Origin: Nitrospirota bacterium
GTDB lineage: Bacteria > Nitrospirota > Nitrospiria > Nitrospirales > NS-4
DNA: 64,000 nt
NCBI GenBank assembly: GCA_963788195.1
Contig: CAWBGA010000002.1
Location: 224,001 to 288,000 of the forward strand
Direction: 5' to 3'
In this document: piece by piece, positions 20,328 to 29,902 of the stretch
Layout of the letters: each line of letters opens with the position of its first letter
Position numbering within the stretch: position 1 is the first letter of the stretch
Notes under the pieces: model-generated
The model's input: only the letters and a program-made list of their open reading frames with translations
What the model was told of the DNA's origin: nothing
The model's database searches: none
Position numbers and translations under genes: made by a program

Positions 20328-21919
20328 GCGAGAGCTATTTGCTGAGCATCATTTTATTCGCGCCTTTTGTAGGCGCTGTTGTCCTGCTGTTTGTCTCGAA
20401 CCGGCGGCCACTGTTGGTCCGGCAGGTGGCTGTGTTCTTCTCCGGGATTTCGTTTGTCTTGTCGTTCGTGCTCCTGGCCGCCTTTGATTGGGAAAAGGGT
20501 GGCTACCAGTTTGAGCAAAACTACCTCTGGTCGGAGCAGCTTGGGATCCAATTTCACCTCGGAGTCGACGGGATCGGGGTGCCCATGGTCCTGGCGTCCT
20601 CGATCTTACTGTTCACCGGCGTATTTATTTCATGGCATATCAAGGATCGCACGAAGGAGTTTTACGCGTTTTTGCTGGTGCTCGCCGGAGCGACCATCGG
20701 CGTCTATGTGTCGTTGGATCTTTTTTTCCTCTACTTTTTCTACGAGATGTCGGTCATTCCGATGTATCCCCTGCTCGGGGTCTGGGGAAGCCACACCAAG
20801 GGCTACTTGGAGATGACCAACACGGCAGGCAAGGAACTGCGGGATTCCCCGCGCTTTATCTTCAATTTTGCCCGTAACAGCAAAGAGTACGCCGCCATGA
20901 AGCTCACGCTGTTCCTGTCCGCGGGCGCGGTCATGGCGCTTATGGGCATCCTGCTGATTTACAAGTACTCCGGCCTCAATACTTTTGATATCCCGGTGCT
21001 TGCCGAAAAGGCGCATTTCGACGGTACCCTTGCGACTATTATTTGGCTTCTGTGCTTTTTCGGTTTTGCTTCGATCGCGCCGCTGTGGCCTTTGCACTCC
21101 TGGTCGCCCGTTGGGCATGCAGCCGCCCCTGCCGCGACCAGCATGCTGCACGCCGGCGTCCTGATGAAGCTGGGGCATTTTTCGATCATCCGGACCGATT
21201 TTCAGATTTTACCAGAGACCACTTATGAATTGATGCCGATCGCCGCCGTCCTCTGTATCGGCAGTATTCTCTACGGCGGGTATGTGGCGTATTACGCCCG
21301 TGATACGAAATACGTCATCGGTTACAGCAGCTCCAGTCACATGGGCTATGTCTTTCTCGGAATGGCGGCCCTCGACTACATCAGTCTGACCGGCGCAGTC
21401 TTGTACATGTTTGCTCACTCGCTTGCCACAGGCATGCTGTTCGCCATGGCCGGCTGGGTCTATGACCAGACTCATAGCCGGGACATTCCCTCCCTTGGGG
21501 GATTGGCGGGTAAGATGCCTTTTGTCGCGGGGGCTTTCATCGTCGCCTGCATGGCGTCCATCGGCATGCCGGGCACGGTGAACTTCATCGCCGAGGTGAT
21601 GATTGTGTTGGGGAGTTGGGCCAGATATCCGGTCCAGACAATCATCGCCGTACTCGGGATTGTCTTGACGATGGCCTATCTGTTCCGGATGATGCGGGGC
21701 CTGTTCTACGGAACCTTAAGCGAGCTCGGGCATCATGCCCATGACGCCAACACGTGGGTCGACCGCGTGCCGTTGCTGATCATGATCGGGACAAGCATCT
21801 ACTTCGGGATTTTCCCGGGACCGCTGTTAAACGTGATTCAAGCCGGCGTGGATCCCATCCTGGCTAGAATTATTGAGGTCGCGCCCATTGCGGCCCAGGT
21901 GGGGTCAGGCTTGCCATGA
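20324..21919 (+). CDS. nuoM: NADH-quinone oxidoreductase subunit M, copy 2 (divergent)
   Basis: LGVDG, YFFYEMSVIPMY, PLHSWSP, GVLMKLG, GMPGTVNFIAE. Confidence 0.92.
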   Translation: MSESYLLSIILFAPFVGAVVLLFVSNRRPLLVRQVAVFFSGISFVLSFVLLAAFDWEKGGYQFEQNYLWSEQLGIQFHLGVDGIGVPMVLASSILLFTGVFISWHIKDRTKEFYAFLLVLAGATIGVYVSLDLFFLYFFYEMSVIPMYPLLGVWGSHTKGYLEMTNTAGKELRDSPRFIFNFARNSKEYAAMKLTLFLSAGAVMALMGILLIYKYSGLNTFDIPVLAEKAHFDGTLATIIWLLCFFGFASIAPLWPLHSWSPVGHAAAPAATSMLHAGVLMKLGHFSIIRTDFQILPETTYELMPIAAVLCIGSILYGGYVAYYARDTKYVIGYSSSSHMGYVFLGMAALDYISLTGAVLYMFAHSLATGMLFAMAGWVYDQTHSRDIPSLGGLAGKMPFVAGAFIVACMASIGMPGTVNFIAEVMIVLGSWARYPVQTIIAVLGIVLTMAYLFRMMRGLFYGTLSELGHHAHDANTWVDRVPLLIMIGTSIYFGIFPGPLLNVIQAGVDPILARIIEVAPIAAQVGSGLP

Positions 21920-23400
21920 CGTTCGAACTTGATCTGTCGTTGTCGGACCTCATCCTGATGTTGCCGGAGATCTGGACGACAATCTGGATCTGCGTCGTGC
22001 TGTGCGTGAACTTCCTTTTTCCGCGTCTCACGACCCGTGATATTGCATGGATAAGCATCGGTGGCATGGCAGTGGCGTTCGGCATGTTGGTCTGGTTCGA
22101 AGTCGCAGGCACGCAGGGCGTGTTATTCAAAGGCATGTTTGTGCTCGACCGGTTGGCCCTGTTTTTTAAACTCTTCGTGACGGGCGCGGGCATCCTGGTG
22201 CTGTTGTCCTCGATCGATTTCGTCAGCCGGTTCAGATTCTTTAAGGCTGAGTATTACTTCCTCGTCATGATGACGGTGCTGGCAATGATGTTCATGGCCT
22301 CGGCCAACGACTTGCTGTCTGTATTCGTGACTCTGGAATTCGCCAGCTTTGGGTTTTATGTCCTCGTGCCGTACCTGCGCGAAGACCTGCGGTCCAGTGA
22401 GGCCGGCTTGAAATTCTTTATCCTGGGTGTCTTTGCCGCCGCGATGCTGGTTTTTGGCATCAGCCTCGTCTATGGCGAAACAGGACAGCTGATCTTCTCC
22501 GAGATGGCGAAGACGCCGGCGAAACTCACCACCGGCCTTGCGGTCGGGTGGTTGCTCATCATCGCGGCGTTGGGTTTTAAGATCGGCGCGGCGCCCTTCC
22601 ATACCTGGATTCCCGATACCTACCATGGCGCCCCGACGCCCGTGACTGCCTTCCTCTCGATCGCACCGAAGGGCGCGGCGTTCGCCATTCTGCTCCGTAT
22701 GCTCTTCTCAACCCTGCCGGGTTTCAAACCCGAGTGGGTCTGGTTGATGATCGGCACCGCGATCTTGTCGATGCTGTACGGCAACATTGTCGCGATCGCG
22801 CAACGGAACATCAAACGGTTGCTTGCGTATTCCGGAATCGCGCAGATCGGTACGATCTTGATCGGCATGGCAGCAGGGACGCGGATGGGAGCCGACTCCG
22901 TCCTCTTCTATCTCTTGACATATTTATTCGCAAATCTTGGAGCCTTCGCAGTCGTCATTGCTTTCAGCCAAACGACCAACAGCGACGAAATCGAAGACTA
23001 TAGCGGTCTGAATCGCCGCTCGCCCTTTCTTGCATTTTCGATGCTGGTCTTCTTACTGTCCCTGGCGGGCGTTCCACCGCTGGCGGGCTTTATCGGGAAA
23101 CTTTACGTGTTCGTCGCCGCCGTTCAAGAAGGGCTCTTCGTGTTGATCACGGTGGGCCTGGTCAGCATCGTCATCTCGATGTATTACTATCTCGTCGTCG
23201 TCAAGAAGATGTACATCAATGAACCGTTGGATCCCGCGCAGATTTTAGTTCCGGTCCCATTGAAAGCGGTCATTTACATCAGCCTCGCAGGAACATTTAT
23301 ACTTGGAGTCTGGCCGCAGCCCTTCATGAACTTCGCGGTCGCCGCCACCGACATCTTCTCCCACCTCGGTCCCACGCCCGTCGTCTCGATTCTGCCATAA
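21916..23400 (+). CDS. nuoN: NADH-quinone oxidoreductase subunit N
   Basis: EAGLKFFILG, FKIGAAPFHTWIPDTY, KRLLAYS, SLAGVPPLAGFIGK. Confidence 0.96.
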   Translation: MTFELDLSLSDLILMLPEIWTTIWICVVLCVNFLFPRLTTRDIAWISIGGMAVAFGMLVWFEVAGTQGVLFKGMFVLDRLALFFKLFVTGAGILVLLSSIDFVSRFRFFKAEYYFLVMMTVLAMMFMASANDLLSVFVTLEFASFGFYVLVPYLREDLRSSEAGLKFFILGVFAAAMLVFGISLVYGETGQLIFSEMAKTPAKLTTGLAVGWLLIIAALGFKIGAAPFHTWIPDTYHGAPTPVTAFLSIAPKGAAFAILLRMLFSTLPGFKPEWVWLMIGTAILSMLYGNIVAIAQRNIKRLLAYSGIAQIGTILIGMAAGTRMGADSVLFYLLTYLFANLGAFAVVIAFSQTTNSDEIEDYSGLNRRSPFLAFSMLVFLLSLAGVPPLAGFIGKLYVFVAAVQEGLFVLITVGLVSIVISMYYYLVVVKKMYINEPLDPAQILVPVPLKAVIYISLAGTFILGVWPQPFMNFAVAATDIFSHLGPTPVVSILP

Positions 23401-23402
23401 TT

Positions 23403-23599
23403 CTCACCTCTCCCCTTGAGGGAGAGGGAAGGGTGAGGGGTTCTTCACTCGGTCATCCTAAGCCCTTCGTTGTCATCCTGAACGAAGTGAAGGATCTCCC
23501 TCGCGCCATTCGGGGCACCCATTGCTCCTTCTCATGCAATGGGTCACTAGGAGAGGGCAGGAGGGGTTCTTCATACAGTCACCCTAAGCTGTCGAAGGA
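23403..23599. repeat. Mosaic of palindromic repeats (CCTCTCCC/GGGAGAGG type, family A, family B, hairpin D)
   Basis: CTCACCTCTCCCCTTGAGGGAGAGGGAAGGGTGAGGGG; exact family A 27-mer at 23471-23497; ACCCATTGC/GCAATGGGT; GTCACCCTAAGCTGTCGAAGG. Confidence 0.8.
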
Positions 23600-23639
23600 G
23601 CTTCTTCCTACGCTTAACTCGGGCGGGACGAGCTCTGCG

Positions 23640-23668
23640 TTGACTCTACTCAGCGTTTCAATTAGGAT
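23640..23668 (+). promoter_or_regulatory. Candidate sigma70 promoter
   Basis: TTGACT-N17-TAGGAT upstream of GAGGAG RBS. Confidence 0.5.
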
Positions 23669-23716
23669 ATATAAGCTAGTGCGGTATACTAGATATGCCA
23701 GTATGAGGAGGAGCGC

Positions 23717-24181
23717 ATGAAGATGACGTATACAGCCCGTGTGATTATAATCGCGACGGTTCTAGGCTTTGCCGGTACTATCAATATGTCGGCAGCGGCG
23801 GATGAACGTCCCAAGGCCAAAAAATTAACGAGGGAAGCCTATACCCCAAGCACCCAGCCGGGGGGCGGCATTAAGAGCATACGGGCTTCGGGCGCCGATA
23901 AGGTCGCGAAGTCGCAGAGTTGCGCCGGGGTGACCCCCAAGATCAAGAATGTCACTCCGGGTGAAGGCAGGACGGGCGATACGGTGACGATCACGGGAGT
24001 CAACTTTGGCAATTCAGGCTGTGTGAGCGGCGTGTCGTTTGGGCCGGGCAGTCCTGCGAAATTTACTCAGCGTGATGATAAGACAGTGACCGCTACCGTG
24101 CCCGAGGGCAATAAAGGCCTTGAAATGCTCACTCTCACCGGCTTTACCGGGGAAGACTCCAAAATCTTCTTGCGCAAGTAG
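23717..24181 (+). CDS. Exported IPT/TIG-domain protein
   Basis: Signal peptide; PKIKNVTPGEGRTGDTVTITGVNFG...VSFG...TVTATVP; strong RBS. Confidence 0.8.
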   Translation: MKMTYTARVIIIATVLGFAGTINMSAAADERPKAKKLTREAYTPSTQPGGGIKSIRASGADKVAKSQSCAGVTPKIKNVTPGEGRTGDTVTITGVNFGNSGCVSGVSFGPGSPAKFTQRDDKTVTATVPEGNKGLEMLTLTGFTGEDSKIFLRK

Positions 24182-24202
24182 CCGGTCGTTCTGGAAACGC
24201 GT

Positions 24203-24230
24203 CTGCGCCGTCCAGTAGAGGACGGCGCAG
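24203..24230. terminator. Perfect 11-bp GC-rich hairpin after the IPT gene (no adjacent U-tract)
   Basis: CTGCGCCGTCC-AGTAGA-GGACGGCGCAG. Confidence 0.4.
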
Positions 24231-24305
24231 CACCTCGTTTCTGCCCTGCCAGGTTTTTCACGTATAATGTTTCAGTTGCCGCCAGTTTCTTGAGGAAGAC
24301 GCCGA

Positions 24306-25493
24306 GTGCCTAGGAAGCATGACCCCCCGCAATATATTCGGGACGTGGCTGGCCTGAATGAATTGTCAGAGCGGCTCCGGAACGTTGATCGGCTGGCGCT
24401 CGATACGGAGTTCATGGGCGAGGAGACGTTCGCGCCGCGACTCGAGATCATCCAGATCGCGACCGATGATGTCATCGCGATTATCGATCGCCGCGCTATG
24501 TCAGGCCTTGGGAGCTTCCTGGAACTGCTGACAGACGCGCGGATCTTAAAGATCGTGCACGCGGGTCGTCAGGACCTCGAAATTTTTTCGGCCGAGGGCG
24601 GGGGCGCGCTGGGGCCGGTTTTCGACACACAGGTGGCTGCCGCAATGGTGGGGTACGGGACTCAGATTGGATACGCCCAACTCGTCCAACAAGTCGTGGG
24701 AGTATCCCTGGAAAAAACGGAGACCTTCACGAACTGGGCGCAACGCCCGCTCACTGCCCAGCAGGTGGATTACGCCCTTGAAGACGTCCGTTACCTGTTC
24801 GAGATTCATGACCACCTGCGCGAGCGCTTGACGGCTCTCGGGCGAGTGGAATGGGCCGAGGAAGAGTTCCGCCGGCTACAGGCCGCTTCCGGTGAAGAAG
24901 CGCGTGCTCCGCAGTTGCGCTATCAGCGAATCCGTGGATGGGAAGGCCTCAGGCCCCGCGCGCGGGGAGTCCTGCGCGAACTGGCGGTCTGGCGAGAACA
25001 TGAAGCTCAAAAACGGGACCGGCCCCGGGGAAGAGTCTTGCGTGACGACATTCTGCTTGAAATCGCCCGGCGGGGACCGACAAGCCTCGAAGGACTTCGT
25101 AATCTACGGGGAGTGCAGCCCTCACAGGTGGACAAATACGGCGAGGCGTTGGTCACCGCGATCCACCGTGGCTTGTCCGTGCCGGAACGCGACCTGCCGC
25201 TCGCCGAAAAGCGAAAGCGCATGGATCCTGAGTCCGCAGGACTCGCCGATCTCCTCGTGACGGCCTTGAAGGTTCGCGCCGTGGAAGCGTCGATCTCACC
25301 TCAACTTCTCGCCTCTTCTGCGGAACTGGAAGTTTTCGCACTTGAGCGCGGGCGAGGCGAGGCGGAGAAGCTGCCCATTCTTCAAGGTTGGCGGCGCGCG
25401 CTGGCGGGGGAGCATTTGCTCCAGGTCATGGACGGAAAACTTACCGTCGGTTACGATCCCCAGACTGGGCAAGTGAAATTGTTCGAACGATAG
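24306..25493 (+). CDS. rnd: Ribonuclease D
   Basis: ALDTEF, HAGRQDLE, FDTQVAA, WAQRPL, YALEDV; HRDC region; GWRR. Confidence 0.93.
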   Translation: MPRKHDPPQYIRDVAGLNELSERLRNVDRLALDTEFMGEETFAPRLEIIQIATDDVIAIIDRRAMSGLGSFLELLTDARILKIVHAGRQDLEIFSAEGGGALGPVFDTQVAAAMVGYGTQIGYAQLVQQVVGVSLEKTETFTNWAQRPLTAQQVDYALEDVRYLFEIHDHLRERLTALGRVEWAEEEFRRLQAASGEEARAPQLRYQRIRGWEGLRPRARGVLRELAVWREHEAQKRDRPRGRVLRDDILLEIARRGPTSLEGLRNLRGVQPSQVDKYGEALVTAIHRGLSVPERDLPLAEKRKRMDPESAGLADLLVTALKVRAVEASISPQLLASSAELEVFALERGRGEAEKLPILQGWRRALAGEHLLQVMDGKLTVGYDPQTGQVKLFER

Positions 25494-25498
25494 TCCCG

Positions 25499-25697
25499 CC
25501 CCTTCGTGCTGAGCCCTTCGATAAAGTCGCCGTTCGTCCGGGGTACCCGTTGCTCTTTCCTTGCAACGGGTCAATTGTCGAAGGAGACGGCTTCTTTCCT
25601 CAGGACAGGCTTGTCGAAGCACTCACCGCTCTTGCTGAGGCGAGAAGTCTAGTAGAATCGTCCTCGAATGAGATTCTTCGCTGCGCTCAGAATGACA
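25499..25697. repeat. Mosaic of palindromic repeats (family B, hairpin D, family A) between convergent genes
   Basis: GTGCTGAGCCCTTCG; ACCCGTTGC/GCAACGGGT; CTCAGGACAGGCTTGTCGAAGCA; AGATTCTTCGCTGCGCTCAGAATGACA (25671-25697). Confidence 0.75.
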
Positions 25698-25758
25698 TGA
25701 TAGGACTTCGACGGCAGGGCTAAATTGGCTGTTTAAGCGACAAAGGCAAGAGATGCGA

Positions 25759-26407
25759 TTAGCGTGCCTTGCGGGTAATCATAAATACGCCGTCACGAAG
25801 TGGGAGCAGCACGGCGAGAACGAGCGGATCGGACGCCACGAACCGGTTCAACTCTTGAATGGCGGCCGTCGACGGGTCCGGCGAGCTCTCATTGAGAACA
25901 TCCCCGCTCCAGAGGACATTATCGATCAGGATGACTCCCCGCGGTGACAGCAGCTCGAGCCCGCGCCGGTAATAACCGACATAGTTGATCTTATCCGCAT
26001 CAATAAAAATCAAGTCAAATGAACCGGCGAGGGTGGTGAGGGTGTTGAGCGCGGGACCGATTCGAACTTCAATTTTTTTGCCGTGTGGGCTGCGATCCCA
26101 AAAGGTGTGGGCCATCGAGGCGGTATCGGGATCGATTTCACATGTAATGACTTGTCCGTCATCCGGGAGCGCTTCTGCCATCGCGAGGGCGCTGTAGCCG
26201 GTGAATGTTCCGATCTCGAGTACCCGTTGCGCGCCAATGGCCTGGATCAGAGTCTTTAGAAATGCGGCCTCCAAAGGGCCCACCAACATTTGCGGAGCCT
26301 CCTGCGTCCGAAAGGTCTCCTCGCGGATCAACCGGCAGATCGTGGATTCAGGGACTTGAAAGGGCCGCAGCGTAGGATTCGATTTCTTCGGGGACGATGG
26401 GCTTCAT
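25759..26407 (-). CDS. Cation-dependent O-methyltransferase (CCoAOMT-like); ATG 26407 with +1 frameshift near 26356
   Basis: LEIGTFTGYS, FDLIFIDADKINY, DNVLWSG, RDG; repaired N-terminus MKPIVPEEIESYAAALSVPES. Confidence 0.88.
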
Positions 26408-26418
26408 CTAGTCAACGC

Positions 26419-26958
26419 TCAAGACGATCGCTTCGCCTGCGCTTTGGGGGTGATCACCATGACCCCGTCCCGTACGGGGGCCAGCTGAGCGTCCAGTCTG
26501 GAATCAGACGCGAGCTCCCGGGCAAGCTCGAAAATCGCGACGGCCGATTCGTTGCTCTCATGGCCCCCGCCGCTGAGGACCAATTCGCTCGCGCGCATAT
26601 TGTCTATCAAGAGAACACCGGACGGTCCCAGCAGCTCCATGGCGAGGTGGAAGTAATGAACGTAGTTCTTCGTATCGGCATCGATGAAGATGAGATCGAA
26701 GGGCCCCGCTAAATGACGCAGCGTTTCCAGTGCGGGGCCCGTCCGAATGTCAACCTTGTGTCCATGAGGATGACGGCCGGCTCGCTTCCGAGCGAGCCCG
26801 GCCAGGCCGGAATTGATCTCGCAGGTGATCAGCTCTCCATCATCGGGCAGGCATTCAGCCATGGCAAGCGCGCTTGTGCCGTCGAAGGTGCCGAGCTCTA
26901 GAATCCTTCGCGCATTGACTTGTTGCACCATTCGCTTGAGAAAGATGACCTCTTTCAT
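26419..26958 (-). CDS. Second, shorter and divergent O-methyltransferase paralog
   Basis: LELGTFDGTS, FDLIFIDADTKNY, LLIDN, RDG. Confidence 0.8.
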   Translation of the reverse strand: MKEVIFLKRMVQQVNARRILELGTFDGTSALAMAECLPDDGELITCEINSGLAGLARKRAGRHPHGHKVDIRTGPALETLRHLAGPFDLIFIDADTKNYVHYFHLAMELLGPSGVLLIDNMRASELVLSGGGHESNESAVAIFELARELASDSRLDAQLAPVRDGVMVITPKAQAKRSS

Positions 26959-27078
26959 TGTGTGATACTGTCGTTATGCAGTTTTGGGCGCCACGTCCCA
27001 GACGCTTGTAGCATGCCCGGCGCTGACTCGCAACAAACTCTTCCGATGGATAGCTAGTTTAGAAAAGACTAATGGGTC

Positions 27079-28498
27079 TTATCGAGTCGGCGGAGAGGTA
27101 GGGGAGAAGGAGTCTGTCCGGGGAGACTCCAGGGCTGGGCAGATGCAATGGGTCACGGGATCTTCAATGGAAACGGAGGACAAGCGGGCAAGGGGGAGGC
27201 GTAACGTGACCGTTGTTCCGTGGCCCTCGCCTTGGCTGCTCACTCTAAAGGTTCCCCCCATCAGCTCGATGAGTGCGCGAGAGATGGCCAGGCCCAGCCC
27301 GGTTCCGCCGGAGCGTCGCGTGCTTTCTCCGTCAACCTGCACAAAGGCCTTCCCCAGGCGTTCGAGCTGCTTGCCGGAGATGCCGATGCCCGTGTCCACG
27401 ATGCTGATCTGACACCACTCGCCGTCGCCGGCGCCGGTTGCGCTGACGCGTACGCTCCCGGCCGGAGTGAACTTGATCGCATTACCAATGAGATTCACCA
27501 GAACCTGCTTGAGTCGCCGAGGATCGCCTCTCACGTCAACGTCTTCGCCCTCCGCGGTCTGGAGTGAGAGCTTTAACCCTTTCTGGATCGCCTGCACATC
27601 CATAAGCACGCGCGCTTCCTCAAAGACAGTCGCCAACCGCACCGGCTTGTTTTCTACGGCCATCTTTCCGGCTTCGATCTTGGCAATGTCCAGAAGGTCA
27701 TTGATCAGGGTAAGTAAATGTTGAGCGCTGTCGAGAGCATGCTGCACGAACTCGTTGTGCTCCTCCTTGCTATTGTATAGATCATCCTTGATCAGATGGA
27801 GAAAGCCGATAATCGAATTCAGCGGTGTCCGCAACTCATGGCTGGTGTTCGTGAGAAAATTGCTCTTGAGCCTGGTCATCTCCAGAATTCCTTCGTTCAT
27901 CTGTTCGAGAGAGCGAAGCGAAGCTTCAAGGTCCTGCGTCCGCTGCTGTACCTGAAATTCCAGGTTTTGGTTCTGGGTCTCGAGCTTACGGAACAGCCGG
28001 TGATTCTCAATGAGAAAGGAGAACTGACTACCCAGGATCGACAGAATTTTGAGCTGCTCGATGCTAATCTCACCATGCAGCCGATCGCGGAGGATCAAGC
28101 AGATTCCGATAATACTGCGGGTCGTAAGGAGCGGCACGATAGTCACTTGTAAATGAGGGTTGACCGTGGAGGCGTCCACGACTGCCGGTCGGCCGGATTT
28201 CAGGGTCCACGCCACTAGCCCTTCGCGGATCTGTTCAGCGCCGACTTCCTTTAACTCCATTTCCCACTCGGGGTTATTGACCGCCTGCATCTGCATTTCG
28301 AGTGTGTCCTGCTGGACCACATATAAAGCGGAGTGAGCCATGGGTAGGAGGTGATCAATCTCGGTCGAGCAACGATTTGTGAAGGGTCTGTTCACGTGAG
28401 GTCTCGCCGGGGCCGCTTGCGTGGTTGCTGAAACAATCGGGAAACGCGTCGAGGCGCTCGAACCACCATTGAATAGAAGCCGGATAGTTTTTCGTCAT
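27079..28498 (-). CDS. Cytoplasmic sensor histidine kinase (GAF-like, HisKA, HATPase); +1 frameshift near 28363
   Basis: SHELRTPLN, NLIGNAIKFT, DTGIGI, GGTGLGL; GGAG RBS and ATG at 28498. Confidence 0.88.
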
Positions 28499-28508
28499 CG
28501 CTCCGAGA

Positions 28509-29379
28509 CTACCGTTCTAAAAATGCGACTGCGTCGTCAAAATGCTCCCCGATGCGTTGCAATACTTGTTCGAGGTCGCCGATCGTTAAGCCCCAAACTG
28601 GCCCATGTGGCATGATCGAGCATCGGGATCTTGTTGTCGCCGCCTGAGCCGAGCCCCTTCGCCCGGCTGAGAATATCCGCAAGATGAATGACCCCGGCAT
28701 CGCGCTGATACTCGCGCGCCTCCGCGGGTTGATGATGAAAGCGTACCATCGCCACGACCTTGGGAGGGAGATTCCACTGAGCCAGCAGCAGGCCACCTGT
28801 TTGATCATGGGTGAAGTGCATGACTTCCTGCTCTGCTTCCCGCAACAGAATGTCATTGCTGAGCGCCAGGTTGCACGCCTGCTGGAATGGATCCCCGAAG
28901 TATTCCTCATGCACCAGCTTGCCGATGTCGTGGATCAATCCGCCGACGAAAAACTCCTCTACCTGTTTTTCGCCGAGATGCCGTGCGAGTTCTTTCGCCG
29001 CAAGAGCCGTCCCCACCGAATGTTTCCAAAATTCGGCAGGCCGAAAGATGTTCGTGCCTTGAGAGCGGAACAGGTTGACCACGGAACTGGAAAAGATCAG
29101 GTTGCGCAGCGCTTCAAAGCCGATGATTCCTACCGCGCGCGATATCGTCGTGACTTTTTGAGGAAATCCGTAGAATGGAGAATTCACCAGTCGAAGCAGT
29201 TTGCCGGTCAGGACCTGGTCCTTGGCGATGACGACCTCGATGTCCTTGGCCGATGTCTCAGGTTGGCTCACAAGTTCGTTGATCTTGTTTACCACCATCG
29301 GCAAGGTGGGAAAACTGCGGACCTTCGACAGGACGCCTTCCCAGGCGGTTTCCATCTCCGGGCTGCTGGTCGAGCTCAT
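28509..29379 (-). CDS. HDOD-domain protein (+1 frameshift near 28590)
   Basis: PTLP, KDQVLTGKLLRLVNS, FWKHS, GLIHDIGKL, WNLP, HH. Confidence 0.9.
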
Positions 29380-29705
29380 TTTGAGGTCTCCAAGAGCTGC
29401 TTCTTCACAATCGTAAGGATTTCCCTCATCATGACATCATCCTTCACCTTACTAAACCGATTGTCGATCGCGAGGTTCGCCGCGGCCAATGCAGGGATTA
29501 GGCTCAGACGCATGTCGACATCCTCAAGGGTCGGCTCTGAGCATCCCTCTGTGTCGACTTCAGAGACGCCCCATGCCCTCATCAGTTCGATATTCTTGTC
29601 ACACAGGATGGTCCCGCTCGGAAGCAATAGCTGCTTGCGAAAGGTATAGGCATCCTTGGCCAAGAGCATGCCGGGCTGCACATGATCGATGCTCAATCGT
29701 CCCAT
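29376..29705 (-). CDS. Small hypothetical resembling the N-terminal module of HD-GYP proteins
   Basis: VQPGMLLAKD...LLLPSGTIL...IELMRAWGVSEV; overlaps HDOD start. Confidence 0.65.
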   Translation of the reverse strand: MGRLSIDHVQPGMLLAKDAYTFRKQLLLPSGTILCDKNIELMRAWGVSEVDTEGCSEPTLEDVDMRLSLIPALAAANLAIDNRFSKVKDDVMMREILTIVKKQLLETSK

Positions 29706-29902
29706 AGTAATGGCTTACCGTCCGCTTTCGACGGTTCTCCTCGACTCCTTATCGGCGCGTCGGGGACGGAGCTTGAGGTCGTAAGGGCGGCAAGATCTTG
29801 ACAAATGGCCGCCAAGAGACTAAATAAATACCTAGAATATTCTGTGCATAAGCAAATTCTGTTCCCCCACCGTCCAAGGGCCCATTGCCATAGGAAACGA
29901 GC

